Origin: Mobula hypostoma
Taxonomy: Eukaryota
Assembly: GCF_963921235.1 (NCBI RefSeq)
Contig: NC_086097.1
Location: 75,764,001-75,828,000 of the forward strand
Reading direction: 5' to 3'
DNA: 64,000 bases
How positions within the stretch are numbered: the stretch's first letter is position 1; the number at the start of each line of letters is the position of its first letter. Positions 51,830 to 64,000 of this stretch are shown here, one piece after another. The position numbers were made by a program, and so were the translations under genes. A model generated the notes under the pieces. The model was not told the DNA's origin and ran no database searches. It was given only the letters and a program-made list of their open reading frames with translations.

Positions 51830-54800
51830 AGCCATCAAAATATAAATTTTGGAGGAAAAAGTTAAATTTTAGAAAAGCGATCCTAGGCAGCTAATGTACT
51901 TCATGCTCAGGACTAGTGACCCAGGAAAGTACAAGAGGTCCAGGTTTAACCTCCCGAAAGCCTTTCCAGAAGTGAAGTGGCAAAGTGAAAACCAAACTTG
52001 AATCACAGAAGGATGCTCAACAGCTATGGCAGGGCTTAAATGCCATCATTTCCTACAAACATAAATGACAAAAAGGTTTCACTCCCAGACCAGCTCAATG
52101 CCTTTTATGCTCACTTTGACCGAGAGAACATAGAAGCACCTTCACATACTCCCAAAGCCCCCCCCCCCCCACCAACAACCCTGTGATTTCAGCCTCTGAG
52201 GCTGATGTGAGACTTCAGGAAGGTGAACCCATTGAAAGCTTCTGGCCCAGACAGAGTACCCGGCTGAGTGATGAAGGCCTGTGTGAATCAACAGGCTGTA
52301 GTGTTGCAAACATCTTCAACCTCTTGCTTTGGTATTCTGAGGTATCCACCTACTTCAAGCAGGCTTTAATCATACCAGTACCCAAGAAAAAAATGGTAAC
52401 TTGCCTCAATAACTTCTTTCCAGTAGCAATTACATTTACTGTGATGAAATGCTCTCAGGTTGGTCATGAAGCGTGTCAACTCCTGCCTGAGGAGAGACTT
52501 GGATCCTCTTCAGTGTGCTTACCAACACAACAGGTCAACTGTAGGTGCCATTTCATTGGCTCTTCACTCAGCTCTGGAACATCTGGGCAATGAAGATGCA
52601 TATATCAGGATGCTCTTCATTGACTACGGCTCAGCTTTCAACATTATCATCCCCTCAAAACTAATTGCTAAGCTCCCACGACTTAGGCCCTGATACATTC
52701 CTGTGCAGCTGAGTTTTTGTCGATTTTCTCACTTGCAGACCACTGTCAGTACAGATTGGCAAAAACATCTTGTCCACAATCACCATCAGTTCAGATGCAC
52801 CACAGGGCTGTTTACCACCTGTTCAGGTGCAACACAAGCCAGCTGCTCTACTTGCCTAAAAACTACACCTATACGGCTAAGTACAGTTCCAATGCCAGTT
52901 TTAAATTTGCTGACAGCACCACAGTTGTTGGCCAAATCAAAGGTGGTAATGAATGGGCATATAGGAGGGAGATTGAAAATCCAGTTGAATGGTACTGCAA
53001 CAACAACCTCTCACTCAACATCAGCAAGATTAGAGATGATTATTGACTGCAGGAGGAAGAAATCAGAGGTCCATGACTCAAGCCTCATTAGGGCATTAGA
53101 AGTGGAAAAGGTTGTTAATTTTATATTCCTTGGTGTTATCCTGTCAGAGGGTCTGGCCTGGGATCAGCACGTAAGTGCTATCACAAAGAAGGGACAATGG
53201 CACCTCTATCAGAAATTTGCTTGGATTTGGCATGTCATTTAAAACATTGACAGTTCTATAGATGCGTAGTGGAGAGTATCCTGACTGGTTGCATCAGGGC
53301 CTGGTGGGGAAACACTGATGCCCAGGCATGAAAAAGCCTGCAAAAAATCGTAGATGTATGTCAGTCAATCACAGGCAAAGCAGAGCCCTCCTCGCCATGG
53401 AACGCATCTACAATGGGTGATATTGCAAGAAAGCAGCATCCTTCATCAAAGACCCCCAACGTCCAGGCCATGTTCTCTTCTCATTGCTGCTGTTGGGAAG
53501 GAGGTACAGGAGCCTTGGCTCCAACACCACCAGGTTCAGGAACAGTTACAGGTTTCCCCTGCCATCGGAAGGTAGAGCTTTCCTATGAAACGGTTCAAAA
53601 GCGGGAATGTCGTAAAGTGAAGACGCAATTACCATTTATTTATATGGGGAAAATTTGTGAGCGTTCGCAAAGCCAAAAAATAACCTACCAAATCATGCCA
53701 AATAACACATAAAACCTAAAATAACAGTAACATATAGGAAAAGCAGGATTGATATGATAAATACACAGCCTATATAAAGTAGAAATACTTTTCTACAATC
53801 ATGGCCGAACTGTCCACCGTAGTGAAAATCTCATGCAAACACTCTCGGCAGAAACACGGCGTAAGCGTTCTCAGCAGAAACACTCTCTCCAGTAACCTTT
53901 AAGCTATGAAGCTGCCAAATCATACTGAATAACACATAAAAATACACAGCCTATATAATGTAGAAATAATGCATGTACGGTGTAGTATCACTTACTGGAA
54001 TCAGGAAGGCAGCGCCGATCACATTGATGATGGTGTGTTAGGCTGAGTCGTCGGAGGTTGGGGTGGTGCAGTGGTCCCCAACCTCCAGGCCGCCGACCGA
54101 TACCGATCCACAAAGCATGCAGTAGTGCAGTGGTAGCCGGGCTGCACCCAGCACAACTTTAAGAAACAACCTGATTAGTTAGGTGCTGCATGGCACGTAA
54201 TTAATCAGCTTGTTTATTTCGGCTTTTTTCTTAAAGATGTTCTGGGTGTGTCCCAGCTACCGCTGCATTCTTCGCAGCCCGGTGTCAGTCCGCGGCCCGG
54301 ATGTTGGGGTGGTTGGACACTGGGGTGTCATCTCATCGTCGTCTGTTTCCATCAGGGCAGGCAGGTCATCTTCATGTCTGCCTGACTCGATGTCGAAGGT
54401 CGAGGTTCGTCGTCTGCTGTGGCTAATGTGGAAAGCTTGAAAACCAACAGTAAGCTTGACTGCTTAGCCTCGCGCATTTTTCTATCATACAGTTCTTTGT
54501 AAGCACTCAAACCATCCTGCAAATATGCCCTAAACCTACGTACCCTTTCAAAATTAAAGTCGTATTTTTCTGCAATCATTGCAGCGAAAATCTCACACGG
54601 TTGCTTCACGTTCAGTTCCTGGACAACTTCACTTCCGGTCCGATCGCTACTGCCTTCGGTTTCCATTGCTATCCTTTTCTCTTCCAATTCCATCAGCTCT
54701 TCATCTATCAGTTCTTGGTCATGGGATGCCAAAGCCTCTTCAACATCATCTTCATCAACTTCCACAAGCCAAACTCACTTCGTCCTTGCTTCGTTCACCA

Positions 54801-55425
54801 CGATCAAAATGCTTAATTATGTCTAGTTTTACACTAAGTGTAACACCCTTACGAGCTCTTTTAGGCTTTTCCGATACCTTAGAACTCATCTTGCTGATGG
54901 ATGCTCAGAATAAATCGACATAATGCACAGATGCTCACAGGCACGTGTTTAAGCAATGCTGGCTAGAATGCAGTTCCAGGGGAGGAGCTTGGCTGCTCGG
55001 GGTGCGCCCTGCCTTTTCTCGTAACAGTGAAAACACCTGTTAGCGAAAACAGGTAACTAATGTAGGTGTTTTGTAACAGCGAGGTTTCGTAAAGCGAACG
55101 TTCGAAAAGCTGGGGACACCTGTATTACCATTCAACCATCAGATTCCTGAAGCTATGTGGATAACTTCAACTCTGAACTGATACCGCATCTTGTGGACTC
55201 ACTTTTAAGGACTCTGCGACTAATGTTCTCAGTATTATTTATTTATCTATTTTATGTGCACAGTTTGTCTTTTGCATGTTGGTTGCTTGTCAGTCTTTGT
55301 GTATAGTTTTTCATTGATACTATTGTATCTGTTCTGTGAATGCCTGCAAGTAAATGAATCTTAAGATAGCACATGGTGACATATTTGTACTTTAATAATA
55401 AATTTACTGTGAACTTTGAATTTTG
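51830..55425 (+). mobile_element. Rex/Babar LINE remnant in FAM98B intron 1, interrupted by a Tigger derivative
   Basis: LDPLQCAY, YIRMLFIDYGSAFN, KFADSTT. The 3' part resumes after 55124 and ends aataaatttactgtgaactttgaa. Confidence 0.8.
53549..55122 (-). mobile_element. Tigger/pogo DNA transposon internal-deletion derivative
   Basis: TA on both flanks; TIRs caggtttcccc / ggggacacctg. Minus-strand N-terminus MSSKVSEKPKRARKGVTLSVKLDIIKHFDRGE (from 54889) is joined to a Tigger-type acidic C-terminus (ORF 54352-54765). No DDE core. Confidence 0.85.
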
Positions 55426-55751
55426 AGTAAATTTCCATTAAAGTTTCTTTAGATGTATATCATGATTTTTTTATGCAATTGTAATAACTTTGTATGCAGT
55501 ACTGGAGAAGATTTCTTTTTGTTGTCACTTCCTAGGAGTAAATAGTATACTCCTTTTTTGCTAATGATTTAGGTGTATTCACTTAATAGATTTTCTTGGG
55601 TAACATTTACAATATCTTCAAACATTACTAAGATCTAATCACAAGATCAATGAAAGAACTGGCTTTGAAAATATTGAGAAGTTTATCTGAGTGTGGCCGT
55701 ATCAATTTTGATAACTTACTTGACCTTGGATTTTGATCAAGTTTTACTTAA

Positions 55752-56613
55752 GACCATAAGACAAAGGAGCAGAAGTAGGCCATTCGGCCCATCGAGTCTG
55801 CTCTGCCATTTTATCATGAGCTGATTCATTTTCTCCTATTTAGTCCCACTCCCCTGCCTTATCACCATAACCTTTGATGCCCTGGCTACTCAGATACCTA
55901 TCAATCTCTGCCTTAAATACACCCAATGACTTGGCCTCCACTGCTGCCCGTGGCAACAAATTCCATAGATTCACCACCCTCTGACTAAAAAAATTTCTTC
56001 GCATTTCTGTTCTGAAAGGGTGCCCTTCAATCCTTAAGTCATGCCCTCTCGTACTAGACTCCCCCATCATGGGAAACAACTTTGCCACATCCACTCTGTC
56101 CATGCCTTTCAACATTCGAAATGTTTCTGTGAGGTCTCCCCTCATTCTTCTAAACTCCAAGGAATACAGTCCAAGAGCGGACAAACGTTCCTCATATGTT
56201 AACCCTCTCATTCCCGGAATCATTCTAGTGAATCTTCTCTGTACCCTCTCCAACGTCAGCACATCCTTTCTTAAATAAGGAGACCAAAACTGCCCACAGT
56301 GCTCCAAGTGAGGTCTCACCAGTCCCTTATAGAGCCTCAACATCACATCCCTGCTCCTATACTCTATTCCTCTAGAAATGAATGCCAACATTGCATTCGC
56401 CTTCTTCAGTACTGACTCAACCTGGAGGTTAACTTTAAGGGTATCCTGTACGAGGACTCCCAAGTCCCGTTGCATCTCAGAACTTTGAATTCTTTCCCCA
56501 TTTAAATAATAGTCTGCCCGTTTATTTTTTCTGCCAAAGTGCATAACCATACACTTTCCAACATGGTACTTCATTTGCCACTTCTCTGCCCATTCTTCCA
56601 ATCTATCCAAGTC
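55752..56613 (-). mobile_element. Young 5'-truncated CR1 (uninterrupted 256-codon ORF2 C-terminus)
   Basis: ORF 55840-56610 is homologous to 12914-13549 and followed by a CR1 3' UTR. Confidence 0.92.
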
Positions 56614-56745
56614 TCAACTTCTATGTTTCCATAAAGTTGTGATTATTCTTCCTGATAATTTTAATTGTACATTTAGTTGCACATTGATACTCAATTTTTA
56701 CTTGTATTAATCATTAAATAGCTGTCTATTTTCTCTTAAATGTAG

Positions 56746-56894
56746 GTACAATGGACCCTTGTTGGAAGAAGAAGCACTTTTGAAAGCAGTTGAGATTGGG
56801 CCATCTTCTTCAGAATTTACTGAATTATGTGTATGGTTATCTTCACAGATAAAACTGTTATGTAATTTGGAAGAAAGTATAAATAGTATTACTA
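56746..56894 (+). CDS. FAM98B: FAM98B coding exon 2
   Basis: Acceptor tgtag|G, donor A|gtaagt, 149 nt. YNGPLLEEEALLKAVEIGPSSSEFTELCVWLSSQIKLLCNLEESINSIT, FAM98 (DUF2465) domain. Confidence 0.95.
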
Positions 56895-57847
56895 GTAAGT
56901 ACATCTTCCATCAGTCTAGTATTATTCAAGTATCATGTTTCCATTACTTTCCCTCTGTCCCAGGTGTTCTCAGATGAAGAGGCATCCATGAACCTCTTGC
57001 TTAATGGTATTGGTCCAATGCATAAAAAGGTTGGGAACCCCTGCTCCATCCTAATAAAAATCACACAAAACTCAATAGACTTGTTTAATGTCTGATATTT
57101 TTAAGAAATATTGCTAATTATGTTCTTAATTGGAATGTTGGCCTCCATTTACATTATATATGGTCATATTGGTTAAATCTATGTGTCCTAGCTGCTCCCG
57201 CTGGATTCTTAGCATTTAGATTTGATGATTATTTTAACAAAATTGCACTGGAAGATTTGAATGAAAAGAAGCTAAATATGATAACAGTGTACTTGGGTTT
57301 TAATCTAAACAGAAGTTGATACAATAGATTTAACACTGAAGTTGTTACATCCAATAACAAGGAAACACTAGTCTCTCCTGAGAAAGCATTGAAATGACAG
57401 GCTCCTACATTTTATGTTGTTAGCAGTATTCTTAAATCAAATGGGCACAGGGACATCCAGACTACAAAGTAAAAGGTTTTTGGGTGAAGAGCCTTTATAA
57501 TCGAGAAGAGTTTAATTCCTTGGAGCTTTTGTCATACTGGTTGGCAGGAGCTGTACTACTGGATGGGTTGCAAGATAACAGCTGAAATAATTGCAAAAAA
57601 AACTTTGAACTATGAAGTGGGGGAAGGTCAGGCAGACATATATAGTCAAAATTTCCCATAGAGCTAAGAATAAGAACAAACCCTCATATCATGGTTCTTG
57701 GTCTCCAAGTTAGGTGAGAGAAAGTACAGCGAGCAAGATGTGCAAATACAAAAAAAAACTAAATCCTATGAACTGAGGAAAAAATAGAATGAGGAACAAG
57801 AGTATAAAGAGCATGGTAGTAGTGGTTATGTAAAATTATATTAGAGA

Positions 57848-58118
57848 ATCGTAGCAGCTAGTGCAACACTATTAGAGATCAGAGCAGTGGAGTTCGGAGT
57901 TCAATTCTGGAGTCAGGAATTTGTATGTTCTCCCCGTGAGCCCATGGGTTTCCTGCAGGTGCTCTGGTTTCCTGCCTCGGCCTAAAGACATACCGACCAG
58001 TTAGAAGGTTAATTGGTGATTGTAGATTGTCCTGTGGTTAGGCTCGTGTTAGATAGATGGGTTGCTGGGCAGTGCGACTCATTGGGCCAGAAGGGTCTGT
58101 TCCATGCTGTATCTCTTT
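57848..58118 (+). mobile_element. V-SINE
   Basis: gagttcaattc B-box-like motif, tttgtatgttctccccgtg..tgggtttcct..ggtgctctggtttcct core, CR1-like tail. Confidence 0.75.
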
Positions 58119-60749
58119 TTTAAAAAACAAATGCATGATTGATACTAAAGGTTTATGACACATTAACAGATTGGCAACGTAAGGTACATGCAGTTGATAC
58201 TGTATTTGAAAAGCAAGAAGTAGTAAAACTTGTTTCATACTTTGTATCAGTTGGATAACATGGTTAAACTGCTAGATTTCAGGGAAAGCCACTGATAAGC
58301 AGAGGAAGGAACTTGTTTGATATATTGATTTAAAAATATTAGTGTCCTAAAGATAGACCAATCACCATGTTCTGGTAATTTTCAAAAGTAGTAAAAAAAA
58401 TTATAAGTGGGCAAACAGTTGCTGTCCAATTCATTGTCTCTCAATCAGCATTCACGATTGAAATATTGTCCCTTAGATTGAAAGAATCAATTGTCATTAA
58501 CTTGTGATATAAAGAATATTAAATATCATTGATTCTGAGGGTGTTACTGTTGGCAGGTTTGGGTAAGAAATTCCAGAGTGATTATGACTAACTGAAGATG
58601 TAATTGTCAGTGTGAAGGAATTTTAAAATCAGGGATTTACACAAATCAAAAATTGGTGCAGTTTATTCATCTGAGGTTTGTAGGGCAGCAGTGAATGGGC
58701 AAGTGTGGAAATGAATTTCAGTAAAGACAGTATGGCAGAGCAGTTGGCCAAATGAAAACCAATCAGAAAGAACAAGTAGATTTGACCTAGAGAGTATCAA
58801 TTGATACCACTTACCCTACTTCAAAAGGTATTCCATGTAAGGAATTGTGCACAGAAATTAGAGGACATGGAATGACCGTTAACCCATTAGCAAGAGAGGG
58901 ACTTTATTGAATAGTAAGATACACAATAGGATTAATGGCTGTGCGTTCAGATTTATTCATTGTTACTAATGTTATCTTCCAGAGGTTGGTACTAGAGTCT
59001 CAGTTCTTCATACCATATTCAGTTTTACTGTTGACACCAATTTAAATGGGTCTGTAATTTCTGTAGATAACAGCTGAAAAATTGTGAAAGAGTATTTGAT
59101 AGATTGAGCAGGAAGAACTGGTAGGTGGAGTTCAGTGTGTGGAAAGGCAGTAGAAACTAGAAATTCTTTTTCCTCCAAAGTGATCTACTTGGGTCTAATG
59201 AAAGTTGAAATATGTAAGTGATGGATAGTAAGGTTTGTAAGAGTTGTAGAGCAAGAGGTAGGTAGTTCAAACACAAATCTTAGTGAAAGGTAACTTACAC
59301 TCGAGGGACAAATCATACTGTCATTTTTTTAAGAACTTATTTCTTTATTTTTGATCAGTTGACTTAAGATTGTGACACTGCATGGAGATGACTTTTTGAC
59401 CATCAGTGGTATTGTGAGTTTTCAGGTCTATTCATTAAATTGTTTAATATTGTTTATTTTTTTAAGATTCAATATTTGCTATTATTAAATTGTCTGACAT
59501 TAAAAATACATTTTATTCCCTATTCTTTTTCTGATGTTTGTGACTATTCTTCAAATGTACATCTAAATGATGTTAGTGTGCAAAGCATGACTGGCAAGAT
59601 TACTTGACCTGGGTACCAGTGCATCATGCACTGTTCCATATATCTGACAAACAAAATCAAGAACCCTGGGTCTTGCCCTCCTCACAATTGCATTATTTCT
59701 TCCTCTCTCTAGAATGAGAGCGAGCATAGCCACTTACCCTTAATATTTATTGATCTTGCCATTATTGATTTCCCACCATCACCATCCTGAGGGACACCAT
59801 CATCCAAACTCGAAAGTGGACCAACTACATAAATACAGGTGGTAACGAGCAGTTCAGAGGCTGAATTTTCTGCTGACTCAATTCCTGAAGTGCCAGTCTT
59901 TTTGCCATTTACAAAATGCATATGGTATATTGAAATACCTGCCTGGATGAGTGCAGCTTCACCCAGGCATATGCCGTAGCATAAATGTGCACCCTCTTTT
60001 GCAAAGAAATGGATTTCATGTACATTCAAACATAAATTGCTTGCATGTTCTGCAAACTATTCTGGCTTAGATATGTATCAATCTACTTTCACCATTGCTG
60101 GATTTGAATTGTGGGACTCCTCGTAAGCATACTGTTACCAGAAAGACTGCAGAGTTCAAGATAGTGACTTGGCAGCACCTTCTCTGTGATAGCTGGATGG
60201 GTGGGTGGCAATAACATCCCAAAAGATTAGGACACAAAATAGAGAAAGCCATATTAAAATTTATGATAAATAAAAACATAGAAAATAGGTGCAGGAGTAG
60301 GCCACTCAGCCCCTCAGCCCCTCAAGCCTGCACCGCCATTCAGTACGATCATGGCTGATCATCCATGGACATCATTTAACTTTAGATTCAATTAATGAAA
60401 AGAAAAAATAGCAAATAATGAAAGATATTAAGCTAAACCAGAAAAAGGCAAACCTGGTTTGGATCAGCAATTTTTGTTGATATCAAGTGATTGGTTTATT
60501 GAAAGGAATGTCCATGAAAAAGATTAGTCTTCATGTCTAAGGTTATGATAAATGCACTTTTTTACTTGAAAATTCGTCAAATGATGCACTGGGATCTATA
60601 GAGTTTAAATGTTTGGTGACTGAACTAACTAAGTGCCAAATTTGTCATAGTTTATTAAAGAAACATTTAAATATTTTGATACCTGTCAAGTTAGGTCAGT
60701 TAGTTAAATGAGAGCGATGTGATATAAGGAAGTTACTTTTAGCAGTGAT

Positions 60750-60915
60750 AAACATGAATTTCTGCAGATGCTGGAAATTTTGAGCTGGAGGAACTCAACA
60801 GGTCAGGCAGCATCTGAATGAACACTCAACATTTCGGGCTAAGATCTGATGAGGGTCTCTGTTTATTCTCCTCCATAAATGCGCCTGACTTGCTAATTTC
60901 AGCAGTGATTTTTGT
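60750..60915. mobile_element. Palindromic (head-to-head) PLE-terminus doublet
   Basis: A minus copy (tctgcagatgctggaaat...caacatttcgggct) is joined to a plus copy (ctgatgagggtctc...ccataaatgcgcctgac). Confidence 0.65.
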
Positions 60916-61052
60916 AGAAATTTATAGATCAAAATATCCTGAGTTGTTTTTGCATTTTGACTACGTGTCTTCATATTGATCAACATATGTGCATGTGTTT
61001 TCTGATGTTATTTGCAATACCGTTTAATTTCTACTGGTTTTTGCTCTTTAAG

Positions 61053-61187
61053 GTGCTGATGATATTGAAAGCTTTCTGTTGGAGGTTAATGGTTTCCTAA
61101 AAGAAATGTCTTGCCCCTATTCAACACTTCTGTCAGGAGATTTTAAAGAGAGACTAAAAAAGAAGGAAGACTGCTTAAAACTATTAT
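61053..61187 (+). CDS. FAM98B: FAM98B coding exon 3
   Basis: Acceptor tttaag|GT, donor T|gtaagt, 135 nt. SADDIESFLLEVNGFLKEMSCPYSTLLSGDFKERLKKKEDCLKLL. Confidence 0.95.
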
Positions 61188-62595
61188 GTAAGTTATGCTA
61201 TTATACTCCAACTTAGCCAAATTCTTAAAATATTTTTGCAAGTATTTTTTTTTGCAGGAGTTGTTACTGGAATCTTATGGAATTTTACTGATTACATGTA
61301 ACATATATTGAGGAAATAAATAAATGATGTAAGTTTTAAGTGTAAATGCTGTTAGGTGTTATGTTGTGCTGTGTGCATTTAAAGTATTCAGATCTTATCT
61401 GGTACACCACAAGGTGTCTCCAAAATACCATGATATAGAAATACAATGAGAGCTTTGAGGGAGCTTTAGAATGTACTGCTGTATATTAGCTTGTCATTCT
61501 TTGCTAAATTGTTCAAATTCAACACAGAAATTGGCTTATTAAATAGGTGGGCCATCAGGTCAGTTCCAGGCTGAACATTGAGTGTCAGCATGTTTTACTG
61601 TGGAGGGATTGTGTCTAAAATTGATTCTGCCTTCTCTCAGCATCCAATGATGACTCTCCAATAACAATTAGGCTAGGAAACACTTGTCCATTCTGTCTTT
61701 CTCAATCTAGAATCAGAGGCACAAGTAATGCTAAAGTGATCTGAAGATTTTCGTGCATAAAGCTGTTCTAAACAGCTGCTGCACTGAGGTGAGACTGGAG
61801 AGCAACATATTTTCTGGTTCTGATGCTCCTAATCTGGTTAAACCTGCAGGCTTGTTTACAATGCAAGCAAAGTTCTTATGGAAACTATTGCCACACTTAG
61901 AGCATCCTTTAACCTTTCAGAGTTATGAATCTGCATACATCTCATTATTTTTCTTCTTTCATATTCTCTTTTAAGTTTATCTTCTGTTAAGCTTCACTGC
62001 CATTTTGTCCTACGACCATCAAAACCATGAATATTCACATCACTCTATATGCGAGCAGGCATTGTAAAATTGGTCTTGTTATCCCCCTCCCCCACTTACA
62101 TAATTGTTGTCTGTGTCCTCTAAATATAAAATTTATGGATTATCATTAGATATTAAGGATTGCAGGTTGTTGGAACTGAGATGCAAATTGGCAATGACTT
62201 AAATGAATGGCATAACAAGCCAGAGGGCAGTAAGTTTCTGCTGTTGTACATTTTTGTTTACATGTCCTATGAGGTCAAAGAAGGAATTTAAAAGCAAGCT
62301 CTAAAAATGGTTATAAATAGGCCTAAATACTTTGATTTTTTAAAAATATGTTAGACGAAGGTGACTGCTATGATTTTCCATGTTCTAAATATTGATCTTT
62401 TAAATGTACTTATCAGCATTTTAACCGAAGTCAGCTGGCTTTCTTGGTGTAACATGGATTTTATTTTGAGTTTTTAGTCTCCATAGCAAAATTTAAATAA
62501 TGCTTTAAATATTTAATTTGCGGTATTTATATATGAAAGATAATTCATTAATTACATGATTTCCGTTTCAATGGAAAATAATAATTTGGAAATCA

Positions 62596-62806
62596 GAAGA
62601 ATCTCAAATGCTGGAAATCTGAAATAATTTTAAAAATGGTGAAAGCAATCATCAGCTCAGGCAGCATCTTTGGAGAGAAACAGTTAGTGCTTCGGATCAA
62701 AGACCCTTAATCAGGATTTCGACAGATAAATGGTCTTTAATCTGAAACATTTACTGTTCCTCTTTCACAAATGCTGGTTGACCCGAGTGTGCATCATTTT
62801 CTGTTG
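62596..62806. mobile_element. Old palindromic PLE-terminus doublet just upstream of FAM98B exon 4
   Basis: A minus copy ending agacccttaatcagga is followed by the plus copy ggtctttaatctgaaacatttactg...atgctggttgacc. Confidence 0.55.
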
Positions 62807-62911
62807 ATAAAGGGTTGGGTTCTTTTATTAACCTTTTCAAATATCTTAACTGTGGGCCTATTAAATAGATTGAAATATTGAGGTCTCTTGACTTAATATG
62901 TTTGCCTACAG

Positions 62912-63090
62912 TATATCTTTCATCTGAGCTTCAAACTGCCAGGATCATACGGTGTAAATCTCCAGTATCGAAAGCTGAAGGCAACAAAGATATTTCTCGG
63001 GAAATTAAATCTATCTTTGCAACGCTGGGCTTTCCTTATCCTGCATCAGGTGTTGCTGACGCACAGTTATTTAAACCTGTAGAGGAAAAG
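62912..63090 (+). CDS. FAM98B: FAM98B coding exon 4 (gene continues beyond the window)
   Basis: Acceptor ctacag|TA, donor AAG|gtcagt, 179 nt. LYLSSELQTARII...EIKSIFATLGFP...VEEK parallels human LFLSTELQASQIL...VESK. Confidence 0.92.
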
Positions 63091-64000
63091 GTCAGTAATG
63101 CACTTGTTTTTCCTGATACCGTGTTATGCATTACTGTAGTAAGATCACTAATAAATATATTTTGTTCTCCTAGATGAAAAACATTATTTCCAAAGTTCCC
63201 AAAAGTCATATGAGTCAACCATTGCTGAAGAAGACACTAAGTCCTGAACAATGGGTAAGGGACTGCACTTAGGAAAGACAATACTATTTTGATTAGAATT
63301 GCTTATTTTTGAATGAAATTTGCTATAATTAACATTACAGCTATTTGGTACACAGCAGGATCTCTTAATCAGCAGTGGCATGAATGACCATCAATGGATG
63401 TATCCTGGTTTATATTGGATAAGATACTACGAATTTAAAAAATGCATCTTTTTGTGTTTTCACGGAACGGACGGTGTATAAAGAGTACGGGATGTACCAG
63501 TAAGAAGGAAGGGCAAGGATGGCAGGATAAAGGATCTTTAAATTGAGAGAAGTGATAAATTTAGTGAAGAAGAAAAATAAAGCATATATAAGGTTTATGA
63601 AGTTAATATCAGTTAGGGCTCTTGAGGATCATGGAATAAAACAGCTAGAAAAGGACTCAGGAAGGGAATTTGGAGAGCTGATGATAGGAACCTGTCCAAC
63701 AGATTTGAGTTTCTCGCTGCCTGTGAAGATAGGAGTAGGGACTGTAGGAAGGACGAGAAAGTGAACTGTGGCACCATGGTGCAGGAAGCCATTCAAGAGG
63801 GAGGAGAGAAGAGGAATATAGTTTTAACTGGGGATAGCATTGTCATAGGTCAAGAGTCCCAAAGGCTGTCTTGCCTGTCCGGTGCCAGGTCAGACCACCT
63901 CATCTGACCTGCATTAATGTAGATAAGTCCCGAGGGCCTGATGGGCTGTACTTCAGATTAAGAGAGATACAAGAGGTTGAGGCCTTGACCAAGATCTTGG

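Noticed and set aside
55840-56610. Uninterrupted 256-aa ORF as a domesticated gene
   Set aside because: Only the 3' end of CR1 ORF2 with its UTR, lacking the RT catalytic core. Intactness reflects recent insertion.
58690-60200. Possible conserved non-coding elements (also ~23200-23430)
   Set aside because: They look like very old LINE remnants and cannot be classified or shown to be conserved without alignments.

Overview
Vertebrate nuclear DNA, most likely from a cartilaginous fish (ray or shark). This is inferred from the V-SINE/CR1/Rex-Babar/Penelope repeat mix and the protein divergence; the species cannot be determined. Two + strand genes sit in the same order as human 15q14. The first is the 3' part of SPRED1: four coding exons (6406-6574, 18484-18533, 25338-25499, 25963-26622) and a ~3.8-kb transposon-free 3' UTR. 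The second is the 5' part of FAM98B: a CpG-island promoter and coding exons 50153-50190, 56746-56894, 61053-61187, 62912-63090. Most of the rest is nested transposons: Neptune-type Penelope-like elements (PLEs), CR1 and Rex/Babar LINEs, V-SINEs, a Passport-like Tc1, a Tigger derivative, MITEs and an RTE-like non-autonomous element. The most notable signal is a PLE-terminal minimal hammerhead ribozyme motif (agtc-CTGANGA-stem II-GAAACGTC-gact), present about a dozen times in varying states of decay. Several copies are ~100-210 bp stand-alone or palindromic mini-elements. One intact copy with a 13-bp target-site duplication (TSD) lies antisense ~340 bp upstream of the FAM98B start codon. All calls were made by eye; repeat boundaries are approximate unless a TSD or TIR is quoted, and comparisons with human sequences are from recall.
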